Assembly: GCA_028279595.1 (NCBI GenBank)
Contig: JANQNK010000020.1
Location: forward strand, 1 to 64,000
DNA length: 64,000 bases
Direction: 5' to 3'
Source: Thermoplasmatota archaeon
GTDB taxonomy: Archaea > Thermoplasmatota > JAKEGO01
A program made the translations under genes and the position numbers. Positions 20,301-29,196 of the stretch are shown piece by piece; position 1 is the stretch's first letter, and each line of letters begins with the position of its first letter. Under the pieces are notes generated by a model that did no database searches, was not told the DNA's origin, and saw only the letters and a program-made list of their open reading frames with translations.

Positions 20301-20733
20301 CAAGATCCTCGACCAGGCCACCAGGGGCAAGATCATCGAGTACATAGGAGACAATCCGGGAGTGCACTTCACCAAGATGAAGAAGGACCTGGAGCTTCAC
20401 AACGGATCCCTTGCCTACCATCTCTCCGTCCTCGAAAAGAGGAGGTTCATCAAGAGCGTGAACGATTCTTACTACCGGCGGTTCTACCCTGCGGGATACG
20501 GAGTACCAGATATCACGCTATCTGATACTCAGCAAAGGATAGTCGAGAAGATCCTCGAGAACCCGTCCATCTCCCAGCAGGAGATCGCCACCCTGCTTGA
20601 AATCAAGCAACCATCCGTCGTCTATCAGCTCAAGAGGCTTCGCGAGAAGCGGGTCGTGATGAAGAAGGGGATGCGGGGATGGCAGGTGAGGCCGGAGTTC
20701 GAGGACGAGTTCAGGGGAAGGGAGAACTCCTGA
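17356..20733 (+). CDS. Membrane-anchored beta-helix (NosD/CASH) + PKD-repeat protein with cytoplasmic double winged-helix domain
   Basis: Signal peptide; VDDDGG..YTKIQDAVD beta-helix ending GNHWNDY.G.D..GDGIGD.PY; five PKD-like units (D.DG....Y.W.SS.DG); Ig domain; TM; NPGVHF..L.NGSLAYHL..LE and NPSISQQEIA helices. Confidence 0.85.
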   Translation: MIGKTLLMVGISLLMVSISLTVWTDGAVADTYIVDDDGGPWANYTKIQDAVDNATNGDTIRVYSGYYIERLTVSDSLTMVGNGTDETTIDGASAGRIFLIFSNEVDIAHMKLINGTYGIDMSHSDGFSVRNLLIEDMNNNGIYINSSDNGEVRNSTIRQCNYGLSLRNSHWNTIGNVTADMNSHMGIELSASTFNEITGSEMRYTGGGGGQYGLYIGESNNNTVERCHIHNNSGHGLLVYRSDGIRISNSSVSSNDKDGIAFEGSDESRISECLLHSNTYYGISLKDASSSNRVLYNQFIDNPGNSSQAYDDTPGNSWDNGSYGNHWNDYAGSDSNGDGIGDSPYDIDGSGIYSGAEDGYPWLKVVEANEVPIGNITSISPDPVREGKNVTFTAESYDEDGSVARYVWRSSINGEFYNGSSDTTMIDTLSVGNHTITLQVQDDDGDWSVEDSANLTVLEKVVRENTPPTAAIDHISPSPARNGTNITFAGNGSDEDGDVVRFEWRSSIDGVFYNGTESTTIERNLSVGNHTVYLRVMDDNDTWSDDVSERLRIYERNSTNQRPIAIIVKIDPREESNLTQSVTFYAGGEDVDGDIVRYRWNSSVDGVFYNGTENSTTYGNLSAWFHYISLMVMDDNGSWSDPVTWHYRVIPPNSIPIATILTIDPFNATEGDPVLFDGAGNDTDGFITRYQWHSDIDGFLHNATDEYEISFWRWLSNGTHLISFRVKDIRGEWSENATAIIHVNGIPRGRIVSTGPAPALEGEVAWFNAHGSDDSGISRYRWTSSIDMEFYNGTSSGFNTRNLSAGTHAITLSLMDTDGLWAIVDSTSFMVDHPPIVTVNMTSIPDVMDRNLTIDGTAHDIDGNISLVEISIDDGPWSSVNGTAEWSYWLVVVNLTNGNHSIRVRSFDGYHYSEVVDLTVIVDIQAVDVGEGKEGKGGASPVFLYILLVVAAIVIAVLMTEPGRYMAIFMVAPVYTKVRKPDKILDQATRGKIIEYIGDNPGVHFTKMKKDLELHNGSLAYHLSVLEKRRFIKSVNDSYYRRFYPAGYGVPDITLSDTQQRIVEKILENPSISQQEIATLLEIKQPSVVYQLKRLREKRVVMKKGMRGWQVRPEFEDEFRGRENS

Positions 20734-20808
20734 ATTTGGCCCAAATATAGAATGATGAACCATAAGTGATTATAAAGGCCAGATGCCTATCTCGGACGAG
20801 GGAACCAA

Positions 20809-22236
20809 ATGTCAGGTAAGGTCGTGTCCTTTGTGGGTCTATGTCTGCTATCATTGATCATAGTAACGACTCTCACGGCGGTCGTCAACGGTGAAACGAT
20901 CGTCGTTGACGATGATGCCGGCTCATGGGCTCAGTATGATAACATTCAGGAAGCCGTTGACAACTCATCAGCGGACGATATTGTCCGGGTATATGCCGGG
21001 ACATACCATCCCGATTGGGTATACATCAACTGGACCCTGTCAATAGTGGGAAACGGCTCGACGCAGACGACATTCGATGGGGAGATGACCAATGATCGGG
21101 CCCTTCAGGTGAACGCCGATAATGCTTACGTATCTGACCTGATGATCTACAATTACAGTACAGACCGGACCGCCGTTAACATCAATTCCAACTGGACGAC
21201 CGTGGCGAGATGCAACTTCTCTTACAACGGCGATGACGGTCTCAGGATCGGATATCTCATAGAAGAGCAATCATGGCCACATAATGTCACAATAGAGGAA
21301 TGCGAATTCGTTCACAATACATATGGAATATTTGCTACCATGGGGAGGAACCACGTTTTTAAAGACTGTCTCTTCCAGCGCAACCTGCATGGACTCGCAA
21401 CCTCCACTGGATATTACGGGTATGGTTTCAATCATACAATCGTCAACTGCACTGCAAGACTGAACTTTGGTAGTGGCTTCCGCATCGGTGGAACGGGAAT
21501 CAACATCACCCAATGCTACGCCATCGACAACGACGATTACGGATTCTACTTCCATAATGGGTCCCTTACCATCAGTGAGTGCGACCTGACAGGAAATGAG
21601 GTCGGGATCGGTATCAGTAACGACTGGAAGCCATTTGCCGAGGACCTGAATATCGTCCAATGCGGATTTTTCAACAACACCAGAGGAATTCACGGTTCCC
21701 ACTCCAGGAGGATCCTCGTCGACCAATGTAATTTCTCAGGGAACTACAGAGGGATCTACCTCGCATCGAACACGGACGACTGGACGATCGAGAACTGCTC
21801 CTTCAATAACAGTGGTGATGTCCACATCCGTGGCGGTGACTGTGACGACGCAGAGATCATGTGGAACGAATTCATGGGTCACGACACGGCTATCTATCTT
21901 ACGTCCGGCTCGGATGGTTCAACGATCCATCACAACAATTTCATGTCCGACGCCAACGTTTCATCACAGGCGAAGGATGACGGCAACAGCAATCAGTGGG
22001 ACGACGGTGAGGAAGGGAACTGGTGGTCCGATTACAATGGGTCCGATGGAAATGGTGACGAGATCGGCGACACCGAATACGTGATCAACGGCAGTTCCGA
22101 TTCGACCGATCGGTATCCTTTGATGGACCCAGCCATGACCAGCGCACCGGAGAAGGTCAGCGGACTGAATTTCGTGATGATCACATTGTTCCTGGTCGTT
22201 GTTATTGGTATCTTGTTCAGAAGGCGACATCCATGA
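20809..22236 (+). CDS. NosD-type beta-helix surface protein with C-terminal TM + RRR anchor
   Basis: Signal peptide, VVDDDAGSW..IQEAVD, parallel beta-helix repeats, GNWWSDY...DRYPLM, APEKVSG-TM-RRRHP. Confidence 0.85.
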   Translation: MSGKVVSFVGLCLLSLIIVTTLTAVVNGETIVVDDDAGSWAQYDNIQEAVDNSSADDIVRVYAGTYHPDWVYINWTLSIVGNGSTQTTFDGEMTNDRALQVNADNAYVSDLMIYNYSTDRTAVNINSNWTTVARCNFSYNGDDGLRIGYLIEEQSWPHNVTIEECEFVHNTYGIFATMGRNHVFKDCLFQRNLHGLATSTGYYGYGFNHTIVNCTARLNFGSGFRIGGTGINITQCYAIDNDDYGFYFHNGSLTISECDLTGNEVGIGISNDWKPFAEDLNIVQCGFFNNTRGIHGSHSRRILVDQCNFSGNYRGIYLASNTDDWTIENCSFNNSGDVHIRGGDCDDAEIMWNEFMGHDTAIYLTSGSDGSTIHHNNFMSDANVSSQAKDDGNSNQWDDGEEGNWWSDYNGSDGNGDEIGDTEYVINGSSDSTDRYPLMDPAMTSAPEKVSGLNFVMITLFLVVVIGILFRRRHP

Positions 22237-24272
22237 GATCTATTCCCATCGTAGGCTTCATTATATTGGTGTCGATACTGACAACTATCGGAAACGGATC
22301 CACGGAGACCATAGTCGTCGATGACGATGGAGGGTCCTGGGCGGATTACTCCGATGTTCAGGACGCCATCAACAATTCGGGTGCTAATGATACGGTACTG
22401 ATCTACGAAGGAGAATATTTCGGTGGGATAACTCTGAATGAATCCGTATCATTGATCGGCAACGGTACTAACAAGACCACCATCAATGCCGACGGTGATC
22501 GGTATACAGTTAGGATCGAAACAAGCTGGTGCAACCTGAGCAAGGTGAAGATCACCGGTGCAGACTATAACATGGGTTCGTTCGGAGTTCTGATAGTCGA
22601 CGATCTGGATAACATCACTATCGACGAATGCATCATTATTGACAACGATAAGGACGGTTTATACATCAAGAATGGAGATAATTTCACCATTCGTGATTCA
22701 TCCATCATCGATCACATGTTCACTGCGATGGAGCTCCGTGTATGCAAGAACTCTCGGGTCATCAATTGTACGATCTCTGATCACCGAACAGCCATTGAAT
22801 TGCCTGGGGGTTCCAACCTACTAGTCAAGGATTGCTACCTCGAATCGATCGGTCGAGGTACCATTGTCAGCAATGTCTACAATGCTACCTTTGAGGACGT
22901 TACAACCTACCCCAACAGTTCTGTTAAAAGCTTGAACATCGGGATCACTCATTCCGAATTCATCAAATTGGTCAATTGCCGTGGGGACGGCAGCTACTCG
23001 ATCTGGGGTAATGAATTCGACCATTATTCCAATATTGAAGTCGAGAATTGTACAAGCCAGGGTAATCCATTCAACTTCATAGCTCATGATAGGGACGTGA
23101 TCCTAGAAGCGCCTAGAGGTCAGGTTGCCATATTCAATTCGACCAATGTGAGTGTGTTGAATGCTACCATCAATAACTACTCATATGCACTGAGGATCCA
23201 TTACTCGGACAATGTGACGATCGAAGCATCGAACCTGGATGATAATGACATTTACAGTCTCTATATTGATGAATCTCAACATATACGGTGTCTTAATATC
23301 TCAACCTCGAATAATCCGTCCTCAACGTCGAATGCATGTGGGATTAAAGCTGAAAATAGCGATTTCATTCGAATCGTTAATTGTTCAGTACGGGACAATG
23401 ACTTTTGTGGAATTCGATTAACTAACTGTGATCATACCGAGATCAATCGCTCGATCATCAAGGACAATGGAGATATTGGTGTGCAGATTCGAGGAAGTTA
23501 CTATCCATGGAGCTGCAGGGATAACAATGTCGTCAATTCGACGATCCAAGGTCACGACACCGGTGTCATTATTACTGCTTCCTATGGCTCCTTCATAATC
23601 TCAAATAATATTTCGTCATCCGACATCAATGGGATCGACCTGTCAAGTACTCGCTATCTAAGGTTCATTGATAATATGATCACGAATTGCAGCGGATATG
23701 GAATCGATATGTGGGAGTCCGAAAACGATGTAATTTCGCGAAATCACATCTACAATTGCGGCCTAGGTATCAACATAAGGGGTGGGAATTTTACATTGAT
23801 ATCGAACAACTCGATATTCGGAAGCGATTCGTATGGAATGGCTCTCTTCGGAGGGGTATACGACCGTCCCGCGAGAGAGTATCTGATCAAGTACAATGAA
23901 TTCATGGACAATCGCAATCATTCTATCTACATTAACAACGCAAGGGAATGCGTCATCCATCACAACAACTTCGGTAAAGCGCAGAGTGCAATGGACAACG
24001 GGAACACCTGGTCCCTTACTAACTCCACATGGGACGACGGAGAAGAAGGAAACTACTGGGCCGACTATAACGGCACCGATGGTAACGAGGATGGAATCGG
24101 GGATACTGCCCACCCTATCGAAGGGGATGCCAACTCCACCGACCGGTATCCGCTAATGGACCCGGCCACGACCAGCGCACCCGAGAAGGTGCCGGGGATC
24201 TCACCGATCGGCCCTATGATAGCCTTGGTCGCATTAACGATCCTCCTACGCCGTCGCTCAGGCAGAAAGTAA
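22233..24272 (+). CDS. NosD-type beta-helix surface protein with PGF-CTERM-like anchor
   Basis: Same cassette as the upstream paralog, ends APEKVPGI-TM-RRRSGRK; ATGA overlap. Confidence 0.85.
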   Translation: MRSIPIVGFIILVSILTTIGNGSTETIVVDDDGGSWADYSDVQDAINNSGANDTVLIYEGEYFGGITLNESVSLIGNGTNKTTINADGDRYTVRIETSWCNLSKVKITGADYNMGSFGVLIVDDLDNITIDECIIIDNDKDGLYIKNGDNFTIRDSSIIDHMFTAMELRVCKNSRVINCTISDHRTAIELPGGSNLLVKDCYLESIGRGTIVSNVYNATFEDVTTYPNSSVKSLNIGITHSEFIKLVNCRGDGSYSIWGNEFDHYSNIEVENCTSQGNPFNFIAHDRDVILEAPRGQVAIFNSTNVSVLNATINNYSYALRIHYSDNVTIEASNLDDNDIYSLYIDESQHIRCLNISTSNNPSSTSNACGIKAENSDFIRIVNCSVRDNDFCGIRLTNCDHTEINRSIIKDNGDIGVQIRGSYYPWSCRDNNVVNSTIQGHDTGVIITASYGSFIISNNISSSDINGIDLSSTRYLRFIDNMITNCSGYGIDMWESENDVISRNHIYNCGLGINIRGGNFTLISNNSIFGSDSYGMALFGGVYDRPAREYLIKYNEFMDNRNHSIYINNARECVIHHNNFGKAQSAMDNGNTWSLTNSTWDDGEEGNYWADYNGTDGNEDGIGDTAHPIEGDANSTDRYPLMDPATTSAPEKVPGISPIGPMIALVALTILLRRRSGRK

Positions 24273-24308
24273 TTAATCTCCAGGTCTTATCCCATTGGGG
24301 GAATCGCA

Positions 24309-24557
24309 ATGGCAGAGGTCGACGAGAACGAGATCATCAACATCCTGAAGGTCATCGAGGAGATACTCCGTAACACACCGCCAGACAGGCGTTTCTGGGG
24401 AATACACAAGGAGGAGCACATACGAAAGGAATTCGCCCGTCTCGAGTTCCTCTACATAGATCTCGGCATGGAAGGGTTGAAGCGCGACCTGGAGATCGCC
24501 GAAGCAATGCTCGGTCTCCTCAAGGGCGATACAGGGGTCCAGTTCGAGATCGAATGA
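24309..24557 (+). CDS. Hypothetical protein (82 aa)
   Basis: ATG with G-rich RBS, genome-like codon usage, fills the gap between genes. Confidence 0.55.
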   Translation: MAEVDENEIINILKVIEEILRNTPPDRRFWGIHKEEHIRKEFARLEFLYIDLGMEGLKRDLEIAEAMLGLLKGDTGVQFEIE

Positions 24558-24560
24558 ACC

Positions 24561-24713
24561 CTAGTAATACCTGCTCTTGATCCCCCCTGCCTTCCACAGC
24601 GGCATTGCTCCCATCAACAGAACGAGACCAACACCTGCCAGGCACAGCGACATTGAAATTATCAGGACTATACCGACGACTATCATGATCCCCGCTATCA
24701 TCCTCATTCCCAT
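24561..24713 (-). CDS. Small hydrophobic membrane protein (50 aa), absent from the ORF track
   Basis: Reads MGMRMIAGIMIVVGIVLIISMSLCLAGVGLVLLMGAMPLWKAGGIKSRYY; GGAAGTGA RBS-like element upstream; stop lies 4 nt from the convergent neighbour's stop. Confidence 0.5.
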   Translation of the reverse strand: MGMRMIAGIMIVVGIVLIISMSLCLAGVGLVLLMGAMPLWKAGGIKSRYY

Positions 24714-24807
24714 TGGATATCACTTCCTTGGTCCATGATGCGGTGGTCCTCCGCGATCGGTGAAAGTAGGACTCATACAATACTTAACAGTTCTCAAGGA
24801 AGGAAAT

Positions 24808-24840
24808 AAAAAAAAGGGGGGAGGGGGCTTTCGCCCCCCC
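24808..24840 (-). terminator. Hairpin + U-tract terminator of the acidic repeat protein gene
   Basis: Minus strand GGGGGC-GAAA-GCCCCC, then TCCCCCC and T8, about 23 nt after the stop codon. Confidence 0.75.
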
Positions 24841-24862
24841 GGATTGGCGTTGCTTGATCGTC

Positions 24863-27800
24863 TCAGCTTCTGTCAACCTCGGCTCCGAAGTGGAAGGAGT
24901 AGTCCTTCTCGGACTCGTCCTTGATGGTGTCGCCGTTCTCGTCGTTCCAGATTATCGCCTGGACCTTGAGGGCCTCCCACTCCTTCTCCTCGTCCGTGTC
25001 GTTGTTGTAGAACTCGTAGCCGCCGAGGAACAGTGTGGTGTTCGACTCGGAACCGTCGTCCTGCAGGTCGTGTCCCTCGCCGTAGACGAGGTAGAGGTAT
25101 CCGTGGCTCGGGTACGTCCCGTTGCCCTCGATGTACGCTCCGATGGCAGCGGAGGTGGAGTTCTCGACGTATCCGTTGGAGTTCTGGTCGTAGAGGGCGT
25201 AGCGTATTATGAGGAGCCTCTGGCGCTCGGGTGTGCCGTCGCCGTCGTCGTCCTCGGACTGGAACCCGATCAGAGTGGTGGTGTTCTCCTCGGGGTTCCC
25301 GTCGCTGTCCGCGTCCACCTTCAGGATGTGCCAGATGACGCCGCGCTCGACGCCGTCGTCGGTCTCCATGAGCCATGTCACGCCTTCCTCCCGCTCGTTG
25401 TTGCCGTCCTCGTCTGCGTCCACGGTGGTCGCTATGCCGAAGAACAGGACCTCGTGGTCCTCCTCCTGCATGTGCACCGCGGTTATGATGTTCTGCTCGT
25501 CGGTGTGGTTCTTGTGGTAGAGTGCGAAGGACATCTGCTCGTCGACCGTTCCATCGTCATCGTGGTCATGGGCCTCGTGGTACCAGACGAACCAGTCGGT
25601 GTCGTCTCCGACGACCTTTCCGCCCGCGACGTAGATCTTGAGGACCTCGTCGTTCCCGTCGTTGTCCTCGTCGACCTTGAGGGCGCCAGCCTGCATCGCG
25701 TTGTTCTCCTCGGCCACGCCGTCCGTGTCGTTGTCCCATGACTGTATCCCGGTGATGACCGCCCAGATCCTGTCGGCCTCGCCGTCCGAGTTGTAGTCGG
25801 ATATCTCGAGGATCCAGATCCATGTGTTGTTGGTCTCGGGGTTGCCGTCGTCGTCCTCGTCGATGATCTCGGTGCCGAAGAGCACGACTATGAGGTAGTC
25901 TGCGTTGCCGTCGGTATCATTGTCGTACATCTCCATTGCCGCAGCGGTCGCGGTGCCCTTGTTCGGGGTGCCGTCCATGTCATCGTCCTCGACGATGGCC
26001 GTGCCGATGACGGCCCTCATGTGCATGGGGTGTTCCTCGGAGGTCTCGGCGAACTCCTGCTCGACCCCCACTATGAAGGATTGGTTGTACTGGGGGTTGC
26101 CGTCCGTCGTGACGTTCTGTTGGTTTATCATTATCCAGATGGCCGCCTGGTACTCGTCGAAGCCGTCGGTGTCGTTGTCATAGGTCTCCAGGAATCCCAT
26201 TGCTCCCACGACGTCCTCGGTGTGGTTGTCCTCGTCGTTGTCCCACATCTGGTTGTGGGCGATGATGGCGCGGCGGTGCTCCGCGGAGCCGTCCTCCTGG
26301 ACGTTCTCCATCTGGACCTGGTAGTGGTAGCCAGTTCTATACTCGGCGTTCCCGTCGCTGTTGTTGTCGTAGAGCTGGTGTCCGTACGCGACCATGCCGA
26401 CGTCGATCCAGTCCTCGTCCGGGGTCGGGTCGTCGCCCTCCCACCAGAGGACATCGTTCTCGAGGTCGACCTCATCGATCAACACCGCCTGGCGGTAGTC
26501 GACATCCGGCTGCGAGGCGTTGTAGATCTCGTCGCCCAGGCCGTACGACTCCTTCGTGTCCTCCTCGTACAGCTCGCCGGTCGCCGGCTCGCCGGACGAC
26601 TCGTTGGTCAGGTCGTTGTTGACGGTCGTTAGGTTCAGACCCTCGAAGTCGGTCAGCGTGTCGCCGCCCTCGGACAGGTCCTTAATGGGCTCACCGCCGA
26701 TCTCGCTGAACTCGGGGGTATCGTCGCCGTTCTCATCGAAGATCTCCCCGATCTCGTCCTGGAGCTCCTCGTCGACGAACTCCGTTATGGTGCCCTCGTC
26801 CTGATCGGCCTCGCCGTCACCGTTGCTGTCCAGCAGGTCCTCGACCTGGTCGTTGGTCTCCTCGTTCTCGGAGGTCTCCTCGTACTCCTCGGTCTCTCGG
26901 ATCCGGAAGTCGTAGGCTCCGAAGAAGACGCCCAGATAGTCGAAGTTGCCGTCGGAGTTGTCATCTGTGATGCTCATCACGGCCCTGGTTCCCCAGGCAC
27001 GGTCAATGAAGCCGTCGTCGTTCTGGTCGACTCCCTGGTCCATCGCGGCCGCCGCGGCGCCCCTCTCGGGATTGCCGTCCTCGTCCGCGTCCATGAGGTA
27101 GATCGCGAACCTGGTGTTCTTGTAGCCGTCCCACACGCCGTCGGTGTGGTTCGCCCAGGTGCGGTTCTCGACCCTGAAGAGCGCCTCGTACTCGGGCACG
27201 CCGTTTGTGTCGTTGTCCCAGGACTCGTATCCACCGGCCTCGGTGTACATGTATTCCGGATCTCCGCTTGAGTCGTTGTCGTAGATGTATTCCCTGCCCT
27301 CGGCGGCGATCACGTGCTCGGCACTGCCGTCGTCGTTCGTGTCGCCGTTCTCGTAGGCCCAGACGTAACGCTCACTCATCTCGGGGATGCCGTCGTCGTC
27401 GCTGTCGGTCAGCGTCTCGCCGACCGCGCCCGTCCTGTTGCGCTCGGTGTTGCCGTCCTTGTCGGCGTCCCAGTACTCGATGGCGCCGGCGTTGTTGCTG
27501 ATGTATTCGGGATTGCCGTTGGTGTTGTTGTCGTAGTACTCCATCGCGAGGATCCCGATGCGTCCGTAGATCGCGTTGCCGTCCCGGTCGCCGTACTCCT
27601 CGTAATCGGTCTGGTGCCACCAGAGATAGGTGTTGTTCATCTCCTGGTTGCCGTCGCCGTTCGCGTCTATGCCGACGGAGGTCATGACGAGGACCCTGAT
27701 CGACAGGTTGTCGCCGAAGAGCTCCTCGACACCGCCCACGAACCCGCGGACGTACTCCGGGTTTCCGTCGGTGTTGTTGTCGTACCAGACGTGGCCTATG

Positions 27801-29074
27801 ATGACGGCCCTGTACTCGTCGAGCTGCCTGTCGTCGTCATCGTCGATCTCCTCCTGGGCCCAGACCTGGTGGTTTGCGAACTTCAGGTCCTCGCCCGAGA
27901 AGCGGAGGTTCTTCGCCACGAACAGAGCGGACTCCTTCTCGTTGATTCCGTCGTCGTCCGCGTCGAGGGTGTACTTGCCCCACTTCCGAACGCGTACGAC
28001 GGTGTCGACGATGGTGGTACTTGTCCTGTACGCCGCGAACACGAGGGTCTCCTCGTTGTTGAGGTCCTCGTCCTCGTTCACGGTCACTCGGCCCCAGTTC
28101 CACTCGACTATCCTGCCCGGGGTGCCGTCATCGTTGATGTCCCAGATCCGCATGCCGACCACCAGTATGGCCTCGTACTCGTGGACCCCGTTCGAGTTGT
28201 TGTCGTATCCCTCGTAGCCCGCGAGCCAAAGCCAGGTGAACTCGGCGTTCCCGTCGTCGTCGCCATCGTAGGACCAGACGATCAGGAGCAATGCGTTCTC
28301 CGACTCCGGGTTCCCGTCCTCGTCGGCGTCGGTGGCCTCGTAGGTCCAGTAGACCTCGCGGGACCAACCGGTGGACTCGTTGTAGTCCTCAGTGTCAGTA
28401 GTATTGTCGTCGTACTCTGCGAGCTCCTCGGTGAAGTCTGAGTATCCCTTGCTCGTGGCCGTTGCCTCGTAGTCGGGGTCCTCCCTGGCTTCATCGGTCT
28501 CGCCCTCGCCCCAGAGCACATGGAAATCCTCTATGTCATCGGTCTCGGTGACCTCTTCGTCGTAGACAGAGGCGTCCTCCTCGGGGTCGTACTCGACGAT
28601 CTCCTCGGCGTCCTCGTCCGTCGGGAGGTCTCCCTCGATCGATTCATCGTTCTCCTCGAGCATGTCCTCGACGTCCTCCATCTCGTAGTCGAGCATGTCC
28701 ATGCCCTCGGTCGAGTTCACCGCGTTGCCCAGGGGTGTTCCGGGTTCTGCGATGATGGCATAATCGGGTTCGCCGTCGCCGTCCTCGTCGAGGACCTCCT
28801 CGACGTCCACGGATCCGGCCTCTTCCAGGGTATCATTGTCGTGGTCGGGCTCGCCGTCCCCATCGGGATCGAGCTCCTCCTCGACGTTCTCGGGCTCGTA
28901 ATTGTTCGATATGATCCTGTCGAAGGCCGGTGTCTCGGTGTACTGCTGTACCTCCGATCCGCCCTCGTCAACATCATCGTCGGTCGGTATTACCTGCAAC
29001 AAGCTCATCGCGCTGAGGATGACGAGGAACGCCACCGCCACCGCGATCAATCCTTTCTCGCTTCTTCCATTCAT
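24863..29074 (-). CDS. Very acidic secreted/membrane-anchored protein with about 40 DxDxDG-like repeats
   Basis: N-terminal TM/signal; periodic D.D.DG.PE turns alternating with ~12-residue strands; strong codon bias; AGGTGAGG RBS before ATG 29074. Confidence 0.85.
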   Translation of the reverse strand: MNGRSEKGLIAVAVAFLVILSAMSLLQVIPTDDDVDEGGSEVQQYTETPAFDRIISNNYEPENVEEELDPDGDGEPDHDNDTLEEAGSVDVEEVLDEDGDGEPDYAIIAEPGTPLGNAVNSTEGMDMLDYEMEDVEDMLEENDESIEGDLPTDEDAEEIVEYDPEEDASVYDEEVTETDDIEDFHVLWGEGETDEAREDPDYEATATSKGYSDFTEELAEYDDNTTDTEDYNESTGWSREVYWTYEATDADEDGNPESENALLLIVWSYDGDDDGNAEFTWLWLAGYEGYDNNSNGVHEYEAILVVGMRIWDINDDGTPGRIVEWNWGRVTVNEDEDLNNEETLVFAAYRTSTTIVDTVVRVRKWGKYTLDADDDGINEKESALFVAKNLRFSGEDLKFANHQVWAQEEIDDDDDRQLDEYRAVIIGHVWYDNNTDGNPEYVRGFVGGVEELFGDNLSIRVLVMTSVGIDANGDGNQEMNNTYLWWHQTDYEEYGDRDGNAIYGRIGILAMEYYDNNTNGNPEYISNNAGAIEYWDADKDGNTERNRTGAVGETLTDSDDDGIPEMSERYVWAYENGDTNDDGSAEHVIAAEGREYIYDNDSSGDPEYMYTEAGGYESWDNDTNGVPEYEALFRVENRTWANHTDGVWDGYKNTRFAIYLMDADEDGNPERGAAAAAMDQGVDQNDDGFIDRAWGTRAVMSITDDNSDGNFDYLGVFFGAYDFRIRETEEYEETSENEETNDQVEDLLDSNGDGEADQDEGTITEFVDEELQDEIGEIFDENGDDTPEFSEIGGEPIKDLSEGGDTLTDFEGLNLTTVNNDLTNESSGEPATGELYEEDTKESYGLGDEIYNASQPDVDYRQAVLIDEVDLENDVLWWEGDDPTPDEDWIDVGMVAYGHQLYDNNSDGNAEYRTGYHYQVQMENVQEDGSAEHRRAIIAHNQMWDNDEDNHTEDVVGAMGFLETYDNDTDGFDEYQAAIWIMINQQNVTTDGNPQYNQSFIVGVEQEFAETSEEHPMHMRAVIGTAIVEDDDMDGTPNKGTATAAAMEMYDNDTDGNADYLIVVLFGTEIIDEDDDGNPETNNTWIWILEISDYNSDGEADRIWAVITGIQSWDNDTDGVAEENNAMQAGALKVDEDNDGNDEVLKIYVAGGKVVGDDTDWFVWYHEAHDHDDDGTVDEQMSFALYHKNHTDEQNIITAVHMQEEDHEVLFFGIATTVDADEDGNNEREEGVTWLMETDDGVERGVIWHILKVDADSDGNPEENTTTLIGFQSEDDDGDGTPERQRLLIIRYALYDQNSNGYVENSTSAAIGAYIEGNGTYPSHGYLYLVYGEGHDLQDDGSESNTTLFLGGYEFYNNDTDEEKEWEALKVQAIIWNDENGDTIKDESEKDYSFHFGAEVDRS

Positions 29075-29196
29075 AAGCCTCACCTATATCTTGCGTATCA
29101 TCTTCAAGTGCGGGGCCTCTTATATACAGAGACTTAAGGGTGTTCCGGACGAATGTTTCTATATGTTTTATATATGAGAAAGACGGCCTGAACGGT

